64,000 bases of DNA from an uncultured Acidobacteriota bacterium. GTDB lineage: Bacteria > Acidobacteriota > Thermoanaerobaculia > UBA5066. The notes beneath the pieces are model-generated. The model was not told where the DNA came from. It did not search any database and worked only from the letters and a program-made list of their open reading frames with translations. Position numbers and translations under genes: made by a program. How positions within the stretch are numbered: position 1 is the stretch's first letter; every line of letters begins with the position of its first letter. This document shows, one piece after another, positions 37,980 through 45,681 of the stretch. The stretch lies in NCBI GenBank assembly GCA_963779415.1, contig CAVZYA010000001.1, positions 288,001 through 352,000 on the forward strand, given 5' to 3'.

Positions 37980-38490
37980 TCAGCGCCCCGGTGCCCGCGC
38001 CTCGGCCCGGGAAAGACGAGACTCCAGCTCCGACAGCCTTGCTCTCACGTCTTCGCTCTCTCGCACCCGGGTTTTGGGGGCATTGATCTCGGCTCGCTGT
38101 GCCTCGATGTCCTGCGCCACGAACCCCATGTCGATCCGTCCGTTGCCATCCCGAAGCCGGTACTCCACGGGCCGCAGCGCGAGGACGAAGTCGAGGCCGA
38201 GAAGGACGTCGCGCCGGTTCTGCGGCCAACGAACGCGTTGTAGGACGCCGTGTACTGCAGCGCCTCGAAGGCGAGGAGCGTGTAGTCCTTCTGTCCGAGC
38301 GTCATCCCGGAGTGGTCCTTGAGGGCGACGTGGACGGTGGCCGGACCGCCCACGATGTTGACCATCCCGAAGTGGTGGCGGAAGTTCTCGTTCGATCCCT
38401 GGGTGATCCCCTGAAGCTGGGAGGTCTCGCCGGGGCCGATGGCGAACGTGGCCGCCCTGCGCACGCGAGACGGCCCGCTTCCGAGGAGGA
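37980..38490 (-). pseudogene. Collapsed remnant of a secreted protein with peptidase S74 (tail-fibre chaperone) domain
   Basis: One frame gives FAIGPGETSQLQGI..ENFRHHFGMVN..VALKD..G.TLG.K.Y. After a frame change: LGLDFVLALRPVEY..MGFVAQDIE plus a coiled-coil end. No start or signal peptide. Confidence 0.6.
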
Positions 38491-38540
38491 AAAGGATCTC
38501 CGCGGGTAAGATGCCGCGCGCGAAGGATGAGACCGGCACC

Positions 38541-41500
38541 ATGAAAAACAGCTCTGCCGGCACTACCGCCCCCCGACGAACCTTCCTCGACCCCCATGGT
38601 CTCTCGGCGCGCGCTCTTTCCACGCCCGAGCCGCTCGTCCGCGCCTTCGCGCGGCGGGTCCAGCAGGAAGGGGCGCTGGACCTGACCCAGGGGGACTACA
38701 AGAACGCCGACTTCGCGCCGCACCCGGAAGTCGTCCGCGCGGCCCAGCGGATCACCCGGAACACCGTCCACAGCTACGGGCCGGCCGTCGGCCGGATGGA
38801 CGTGCGGGGGGAGATCGCCGACTTCTTCAACCGCGACGGGCTTCTCGACTACCCCTCCTCGAACGTCCGGTTCCTCCCGGACGAGGTTCTCTTCACCCCC
38901 GGGACGCGCTCGGGCCTCGCGATGGCGCTCGAGGTGCTCGGGGCGGACGGATCGGGCGTGGTGGTCCCGCGCCCGAGCTGGGAATACGACTGGTTCGTCG
39001 AGCGCGCCGGGAAGCGCCTCGTCGAGCTGCCGACGAGCTCTCCCGAGTTCCTTCCCGATCCGGACGAGCTGGAGCGGCTCCTCGAAAAGGGCGACATCTC
39101 GTCCGTCATCATCAACAACCCGCACAATCCGACGGGACGGGTCTACCCGCGGTCGCTCGTCGAGGCGCTCGTCCGGGTCGCGGTGAAGCACCGCGTCTTC
39201 GTCCTCTACGACTCCGTCTACCAGCGCCTCGACTATGTCGGCTCGTTCGTGAATCCCGCCTTTGCCGACCCCGAGTGGCGCGACTGGGTCGTCACCCTCT
39301 CGGGGCTTTCCAAGATGGACATGTTCGGCGCCTCGACGGGGGCCCGGGCATGCTGGCTCGTCCTCTCGGACCAGATCCGTTCGGGCGGGGTGCGCGCGAG
39401 GGAGATTCTCGCGAACCTCTCGGCATGGCTCGTTGCGACCCCCTCGACACTGGCGCAGGACTGGGCGCTCGCGGCGCTCCAGAGCCCCCTGGCGGCGCTC
39501 CGCCGGCCGTCTCCATACATGCGGGAACGGCGCGACTTCATGGCCGAAGGGGCGGACGCGCTCGCGCCTCTCGGGGTTACGCGGACCGACTTCGGCGGGA
39601 CGTTCTACGCCCCTCTCGCCTTCCCGGGCCTCGTCGGCGAGCCGTTCGACCGGCTTCGCAACGGCATCCACGAGCGGGCCGTCGTCCGGACGTCGGTCGA
39701 GGCCTTCGAGTTCCTTCTCGCGGGGGCCGTGGGAGGGATCCCGTTCGCTGCCTTCGCCGGCTCCGACCCGGACCGGTACGGGACGTGGCAGCGCCTTTCG
39801 TACGGCTCGAAGGACGTGAAGGAGCTGGCCGTCTTCATGGAGCGCGTCCGCGCCCGGATCGAGCGGCAGGGGCGCCTCGGGTCGAGCGCGAAGGCCGAAA
39901 CCGCCGTCCGGACCGTGGAGGACGAGGTCTGGGAGAGCACCTGCACCGACGCGGGATACCCGGCTCTCGACGGGCTCGACCCGATCGCGTTTGCCGAGGC
40001 GCACCGAAAATTCCGGGAGGGCTCCGCGCCGGAGACGCTCCGGTCGCTTCGTCTCACGGGGACGAAGCATCCGGATTCCACGGCGCATCGGGCCGAGCAG
40101 CTCGCGCGGGCGATCCGCTCGGTCGAAGCCGGAACGCCGAACCGCGCCGAGCGGGCGCTGACTCATCTCGAATGGAATCCGCTCGTCGAGGCCCGGCAGG
40201 AATACGAGGAGTCGATCGCCGACCTCCTCGGCCCCTGCACCGAAGTGCTCCTCGACTACGAGGGGCGCCAGATCAGCCCGGAGTGGCTGGACGTCCCGGA
40301 GAAGGTCGTCCTCGCCCTTCTCCGCCACGGAATCCTCCCGGGGGAGGACCGGCATCTCCTCTTCCGAGTCCCGAATCCCTGGCTCGAGCAGGACGAGGAG
40401 AAGGTCTCGAAGATCCTCGCCGCGGTCGCGCGGACGAACTTTCTCTTCCTCCTCGCCTGCGAGCGGCTCGGGATCGAGCCCGCGCGCAACGCCATCAACG
40501 AGCTGACCGTTCCCCAGGTGAACTCCGGGGCGGAGCTGGGGGCGGTGGTGAAGATCGGGACGCTCTACCTGCAGGCGGCCGAGGGGCTCTTTTCGGGCGC
40601 CCCGGAGCGCGTCGACGACTTCCTCCGGAGCCGCATTCCCGAATCGCGCCGTGCGGCCCTCACGGCGAAGGTCTCCCGCGTCCGGCTCGTCCCGCTCGTC
40701 GAGAACGTCGGCGCGCTCGCGCACCTTCCCGAGTTCCTCGAGATCTTCTACGAGACTCTGGAGCGGAACCGGGGGGCGGAAGGGCTCCCGACGCCGGCCT
40801 CGTTCCGGACGCGATTCGACGGCTCCGACGCCGTCGTCCGGATCTTCGTCGCGATGTCCGACACGGCCGAGCAGAGCGGGAAGATCGCCACCGACGCGGC
40901 CTTCACTCTCGCGGTGGCCGGGCGGGAGGAGGCGGAGAGACGTCTCGCCGGACACGCCCGGAAGGCGGGGGAGCCGCCGCCGCGCGTGACGTACCTGATC
41001 GGAGCGGGGGGCGCGGGCTTCCGCGGCGGCTTCGATCCGTCGCACGAAGGAGTCATCGCCCAGTTCGCCCGGGCCGACGGCGTCACGATGCAGGGGATCC
41101 GGGCCGACGCTCCCGAGAAAGCCGCTCGGCTCGCCGAGGCCTTCCGCCGCGTGGCGGAGGCCGGAAGCCCGGTGCCGCCGGTCTCCGCCGGGGACCGGGA
41201 GTCGCTCCTCAGGCTCCTCGAAACGGGAGTGAAGGCCCACACGGAGACGCTCCTCCGGATCGCACCGCTCATCGCCCCCTTCAGCGGCCTCGTGCCGCAG
41301 ACGCGCGTCCGGATCCGGGCGACCGGCTCGGTCAACTACGGCCGGTCGATCCCGACCTATCCGGAGGAATGGGGGGGCGGGAAAGACCTCCCCGACAACC
41401 GGGATCTCCGCGACGCGTGGCCGGAGGGGGTGACTCTGCCCCGTGCCATCAACTACAACCTCGGCTGCACGACGCTGGGCCTCCCCGCCGTGACGAGCGA

Positions 41501-42137
41501 CCTTCTGGCGCTCGACAAACGGGCCGCCGTCCTTTTCGGGCGGCAGGTCCCGGGGTACCGGGAGATCCTCGCGAGCGAGCTGCCTTACTTCGTCCGCGAG
41601 TCGGTCGCGCTCGTCTTCGGACGAAAGCTCGCGGAGGCGACGGCGCGGCGGTGCCTCCGGGCGACGGCGGCGCTCTGGATCGACGCGCGCGTCCGCGAGG
41701 AGATCGTCGCGCCGACCTGCCTCTTTTCGATGCTCTACCTCCGGTACGTCGCCGAGGAGTCGGAGAGCTGGGACGAGACGAAGGAGCACGAGAGCCGGAC
41801 GACCCGCGAGGAGGAGCTTCTGCGCGAGACGGCGAGCGGCGCTTTCGGCGCTCTCTCCGCGGAGCGCCCCGGTGACCGGTGGACGCTCCTCCAGTCGCTG
41901 ATCGACGTGGAGGAGGCCTCGCGCCTCCTTCTCGCGCGGGAGCTGACGATCGAGGAGAAGCGGGAGTTCGTCGATCTCCGGATCGAAGGGTGGCTCCGGA
42001 CGCTCCCCGAGAGCCTCTCGCGGGATCTGCGGCGCGACTGGTCCCCGCTTCGGGAGCTTCCGAAGGCCGACCTGACGCTGCGCACCATCGAGCAGATGAT
42101 CGAGCTCGAGAAGCTCCGCGGGAGCCGTGGCGCATGA
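38541..42137 (+). CDS. Fusion: class I (aspartate-like) aminotransferase + archaeal-type phosphoenolpyruvate carboxylase (PpcA-like)
   Basis: N-half: NNPHNPTG, YDSVY, GLSK..TGAR, RLSY. C-half: TKHPD, DYEG, RVPNP, VPLVE, MSD, GFRGG, TMQ, YGRS, LPRAI in PpcA order. Start 38541 supported by an upstream TAAGAT and a purine-rich SD. Confidence 0.82.
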   Translation: MKNSSAGTTAPRRTFLDPHGLSARALSTPEPLVRAFARRVQQEGALDLTQGDYKNADFAPHPEVVRAAQRITRNTVHSYGPAVGRMDVRGEIADFFNRDGLLDYPSSNVRFLPDEVLFTPGTRSGLAMALEVLGADGSGVVVPRPSWEYDWFVERAGKRLVELPTSSPEFLPDPDELERLLEKGDISSVIINNPHNPTGRVYPRSLVEALVRVAVKHRVFVLYDSVYQRLDYVGSFVNPAFADPEWRDWVVTLSGLSKMDMFGASTGARACWLVLSDQIRSGGVRAREILANLSAWLVATPSTLAQDWALAALQSPLAALRRPSPYMRERRDFMAEGADALAPLGVTRTDFGGTFYAPLAFPGLVGEPFDRLRNGIHERAVVRTSVEAFEFLLAGAVGGIPFAAFAGSDPDRYGTWQRLSYGSKDVKELAVFMERVRARIERQGRLGSSAKAETAVRTVEDEVWESTCTDAGYPALDGLDPIAFAEAHRKFREGSAPETLRSLRLTGTKHPDSTAHRAEQLARAIRSVEAGTPNRAERALTHLEWNPLVEARQEYEESIADLLGPCTEVLLDYEGRQISPEWLDVPEKVVLALLRHGILPGEDRHLLFRVPNPWLEQDEEKVSKILAAVARTNFLFLLACERLGIEPARNAINELTVPQVNSGAELGAVVKIGTLYLQAAEGLFSGAPERVDDFLRSRIPESRRAALTAKVSRVRLVPLVENVGALAHLPEFLEIFYETLERNRGAEGLPTPASFRTRFDGSDAVVRIFVAMSDTAEQSGKIATDAAFTLAVAGREEAERRLAGHARKAGEPPPRVTYLIGAGGAGFRGGFDPSHEGVIAQFARADGVTMQGIRADAPEKAARLAEAFRRVAEAGSPVPPVSAGDRESLLRLLETGVKAHTETLLRIAPLIAPFSGLVPQTRVRIRATGSVNYGRSIPTYPEEWGGGKDLPDNRDLRDAWPEGVTLPRAINYNLGCTTLGLPAVTSDLLALDKRAAVLFGRQVPGYREILASELPYFVRESVALVFGRKLAEATARRCLRATAALWIDARVREEIVAPTCLFSMLYLRYVAEESESWDETKEHESRTTREEELLRETASGAFGALSAERPGDRWTLLQSLIDVEEASRLLLARELTIEEKREFVDLRIEGWLRTLPESLSRDLRRDWSPLRELPKADLTLRTIEQMIELEKLRGSRGA

Positions 42138-42553
42138 ACCTCCCCGAGCCGCATCCGCACGAGGTCTTCGAGGCGCTTCGCCGGCGCGGGCCCGGGACGC
42201 GCATCGCCGTGGTCGGCGCGAGCAACAATCCGGCCAAGTACGGGAACATCATCGTCCGGAACCTCGCCGGAAAGGGGTACACGGTCCTCCCCGTGAACCT
42301 CCACGAGAAGGAGATTGCCGGGATCCCGGCGTGGCCGAGCCTCACGGCCGTCCCGAAGCCGATCGACATCGTCGACGTCGTCACGCCGCCGGCCGTCACG
42401 AAGGGGATCCTCGAAGAGGCCGCGCGGCTCGGCCTCCCGGCCGTCTGGCTGCAGGACGGAAGCTGGGACGCCGCGGCGCTCGCCCTCGCCGCGAAGGCCC
42501 CGTTCAAGACCGTCTACGAGGCCTGCATCATGGTCGCGTCGAACTTCGGCTGA
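42134..42553 (+). CDS. CoA-binding protein (YccU-like)
   Basis: IAVVGASNNP.KYG, PVN, DIVDVV.PP, WLQ.G, CIMV; ATGA-coupled to the fusion gene. Confidence 0.9.
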   Translation: MNLPEPHPHEVFEALRRRGPGTRIAVVGASNNPAKYGNIIVRNLAGKGYTVLPVNLHEKEIAGIPAWPSLTAVPKPIDIVDVVTPPAVTKGILEEAARLGLPAVWLQDGSWDAAALALAAKAPFKTVYEACIMVASNFG

Positions 42554-42663
42554 CGGGCGGTGCGTTCCGCGCCGCCGCACCGGTCGGTCGCCCGATTACC
42601 GCCCCGCGCGCAATTCTGGCCGGCAGACGTCTTGCAGGTCCTTCCGGTGAGGGAGGGCACGCG

Positions 42664-44169
42664 ATGCGCCTCAACTGCAAGGAGTCCCGATTTTTCCGCC
42701 CGGTGCGGCCCCTGTTCCGGTCCGCCTTCGCCGTTCCGGTCGTCGCCGTCTTACTCGTCGTCATGGCGGCGTGGTCCAGGCCGGGGAACGCGGTCGAGCC
42801 CGAGAAGGGGCTCGAGGGGGACGACGTCGCACTTCTCTCCCGCGAGAACGCCGCCGTCGAGAAGATCGCCCGGAACGTCACGCCGGCGATCGTCAACATC
42901 CAGACGACCCAGGTCGTCCGGCTCCAGCAGTCCCCCTACTACCAGGACCCGTTCTTCCGGCAGTTCTTCGGTGGCCCGTTCAACATTCCGCGCGAGCAGC
43001 GCGAACACGCGCTCGGCAGCGGCGTGATCGTCGCCCCCGACGGCCTCATCGTGACGAACAGCCACGTTGCGGCCCGGGCGACCGACGTCAGGGTGATGCT
43101 GGCCGACAAGAGGGTCTTCAAGGGAAAGGTGGTCGGCACCGACCCTGACACGGACGTGGCCGTCATCCGGATCGAGGCGAAGGGGCTTCCGACCGTCCCG
43201 TGGGGCGACTCCTCGGCGCTCCGGGTTGGCCACATGGTCCTCGCGTTCGGAAACCCGTTCGGCCTCAACCAGACGGTCACCCGTGGCATCGTGAGCGCGA
43301 TAGGCCGGGCCGGCCTCGGGATCGAGAGCTTCGAGGACTTCATCCAGACGGACGCGGCGATCAACCCCGGCAACTCGGGAGGCGCCCTCGTCGACGTGCA
43401 CGGGCGCCTCGTCGGCATCAACACGGCGATCGTCTCGAACACCTCCGGCATGGGGGGCGAAGGCGGGTCCGTCGGGATCGGGTTCGCCATCCCCTCCAAC
43501 ATCGTCCGGCACGTCGTCGAGAGCCTCCTCCGGACGGGGAAAGTCGAGCGGGGTTACCTCGGCGTGTCGGTCGGCGACCTCGAGGAGGGGCTCGCGAGGA
43601 AGTTCGGCGTCCCGGACACGGCGGGAGCCGTCGTCGAGGACGTGACGCCCGGCTCGCCCGCAGCGAAGGCCGGCCTCAAGGCGGGGGACGTGATCCGGAC
43701 GGTCGACGAGAAGGCGATCGGCTCGAAGGACCAGCTGACCTTCGCGGTCGCGACGGACGATCCCGGCACGGTCGTCCAGCTCGGCATCCTGAGGGATGGA
43801 AGGCCGCAGACGGTGTCCGTCACGCTCGGGTCCCGGCCGGCGAATCTCGGCGTGGCGGAAGGGACGGCGAAGGCGCCCGTGGGGAGCACGCTTCGGGGGA
43901 TCACCGTGCAGAGCCTCGACCCGAAGCTCCGGGAGCATTTCGGCCTCGGCCGGGAGACCTCGGGCGTCGTCATCTCTCGCCTCGATCCGGCGAGCCCGGC
44001 CGCGCAGGGGGGCCTCGCCCCGGGAGACGTCATCCAGGAGATTGACCGGCATCCGGTCCGGACTGTCGCCGACTTCGAGAGGCTGGCGGCCGCGACGACG
44101 GGCGAGGTGCTCCTCCGGATCGTCCGGCAGGGGGCCGGTCTCTTCATCGTGATCTCGCCGGCCGAGTGA
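42664..44169 (+). CDS. Do/DegQ family serine endoprotease (trypsin + 2 PDZ)
   Basis: GSGVI, TNSHV, DPDTDVA, QTDAAINPGNSGG, two PDZ domains. Confidence 0.95.
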   Translation: MRLNCKESRFFRPVRPLFRSAFAVPVVAVLLVVMAAWSRPGNAVEPEKGLEGDDVALLSRENAAVEKIARNVTPAIVNIQTTQVVRLQQSPYYQDPFFRQFFGGPFNIPREQREHALGSGVIVAPDGLIVTNSHVAARATDVRVMLADKRVFKGKVVGTDPDTDVAVIRIEAKGLPTVPWGDSSALRVGHMVLAFGNPFGLNQTVTRGIVSAIGRAGLGIESFEDFIQTDAAINPGNSGGALVDVHGRLVGINTAIVSNTSGMGGEGGSVGIGFAIPSNIVRHVVESLLRTGKVERGYLGVSVGDLEEGLARKFGVPDTAGAVVEDVTPGSPAAKAGLKAGDVIRTVDEKAIGSKDQLTFAVATDDPGTVVQLGILRDGRPQTVSVTLGSRPANLGVAEGTAKAPVGSTLRGITVQSLDPKLREHFGLGRETSGVVISRLDPASPAAQGGLAPGDVIQEIDRHPVRTVADFERLAAATTGEVLLRIVRQGAGLFIVISPAE

Positions 44170-44208
44170 CGGCCCGGTGCGGGGCCGCGCCGGATCGCCG
44201 TCCGGGAG

Positions 44209-45561
44209 CTACTTCACCCGCACCCCGTTCTTCACGACGACGTCGACGTGCTGGAGGAGCCCGATGTTCGCGAGGACGTCGCCGCGGACGGCGACGACGT
44301 CGGCGTAGCGTCCCGGGGCGAGCGTCCCGAGGTCGTTCTCCATCTTCAGAAAGCGGGCGGGCCAGCGGGTCGCCGCGGCGATCGCCTGCATCGGCGGGAC
44401 GCCGAGGCGCACCCACATCTCCAGCTCGCGCCACGTGGAGTCCGTGTGGAAGTTCCCCGGGATGCCGCTGTCGGTCCCGACGAGCATCGTGACGCCGGTG
44501 TCGCGCAGCTGCTGGAACTTGCGCGCGAGAGTGGGGAGCCGGCGGAACGTCAGGGTGAAGTAGTCGAGGTGCGTGATGTCCCGCAGGGAGGCGCGGATGT
44601 CCGCGGCCATTTCCTCCGGCATGTCGCGCTGCCACGTCGGATCGTCGAGCCGGTCGGGGAAGGTGCGTGCCGTGTAATCGGCGAGGAAGAGCCCTTCGAT
44701 CGTGGGGCACCAATAGAGCGTGCTGTTGCGCTTCCGGATCATCTCGAGGATGTCCTCCGGGTAGCCCGGCTCGGTCGCGAGGCCGGTGTGCTCGAAGGAG
44801 TCGATGCCGTACTTCAGGCCGATGCGGATCTCCTCCTCCCGGTGCGCGTGGGCGACGACCGGTTTCCCCCCCTTGTGGGCCGTCTCGACGACCGCTTTCA
44901 CCTCGTCGCCCGTGAGCTGGTCCTGGTCGATCAGCTTGATGAAGTCGACCCCGGCGTCCACGAGCTTCTGGACTTTCGCCCGCGCGTCTTCTGGTCCGTT
45001 CACGCCCCAGCGATACGACGCTTCCTGGGGCGCGTAGGGGGCCCGCTGGATGAACGGTCCCGAGACGAAGAGGCGCGGCCCGGGGATCTCTCCCGAGGCG
45101 ATCCTCTTCCGGACGTCGAGGCTGTCCTCCAGCGGGGCTCCGAGGTCCCGCACGGTCGTGATGCCGCTCATCAGAAGCTGGCGGGCCGCGATCGGCATGA
45201 TCTCGTCGCGGAATCGCCCGAGGTACTTCTTGTCCCAGTACTCATAGTCGCTGTGCCCGAGGATCATCAGGTGGACGTGCATGTCCATCAGGCCGGGCAT
45301 CACGCTCATCCCGCGGGTGTCGATGACGGTCACGCCGGCCGGAATCGGGATTTCGCCGCGGCGTCCGACGGCGACGATCCGCTCGCCGGCGACCAGAACG
45401 ACGCCGTCGTGGATCGGGGGCCCTTCGTATCCGTCGATCACCTGCCCGCCGACCAGGGCGAGCGTCGCCTTCGGCGGGGCCGGAGACTTTTCGGCGGCAA
45501 GGCACGCCGCCGGGAAAGAGATCGATCCTGCGAAAAGAAGAATCAGAAGGAGCCTTCTCAT
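44209..45561 (-). CDS. Secreted amidohydrolase family protein
   Basis: PGLMDMHVH, FIK, VAHAH, FEH, GTDSG, GTLAPGRYAD; signal peptide from ATG 45561. Confidence 0.9.
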   Translation of the reverse strand: MRRLLLILLFAGSISFPAACLAAEKSPAPPKATLALVGGQVIDGYEGPPIHDGVVLVAGERIVAVGRRGEIPIPAGVTVIDTRGMSVMPGLMDMHVHLMILGHSDYEYWDKKYLGRFRDEIMPIAARQLLMSGITTVRDLGAPLEDSLDVRKRIASGEIPGPRLFVSGPFIQRAPYAPQEASYRWGVNGPEDARAKVQKLVDAGVDFIKLIDQDQLTGDEVKAVVETAHKGGKPVVAHAHREEEIRIGLKYGIDSFEHTGLATEPGYPEDILEMIRKRNSTLYWCPTIEGLFLADYTARTFPDRLDDPTWQRDMPEEMAADIRASLRDITHLDYFTLTFRRLPTLARKFQQLRDTGVTMLVGTDSGIPGNFHTDSTWRELEMWVRLGVPPMQAIAAATRWPARFLKMENDLGTLAPGRYADVVAVRGDVLANIGLLQHVDVVVKNGVRVK

Positions 45562-45681
45562 GGGATGCGAGCCTCCTCGGGTCACGCGGCGTCTTCCGGA
45601 AACGACGCGGCGAGTATAGAGCGCCCGCTTCGGGACGGACCGGCTCAGGCGCCGATAGACTCCGGGCCGAAAGGAGCGCCG

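Noticed and set aside
37980-41789. 1269-aa minus-strand ORF and many other long overlapping ORFs (e.g. 29070-31640, 48009-50087, 61719-63524)
   Set aside because: Antisense or alternate-frame shadows of real genes in high-GC DNA with no recognisable motifs. Only the last ~80 codons of 37980-41789 belong to the S74 remnant.
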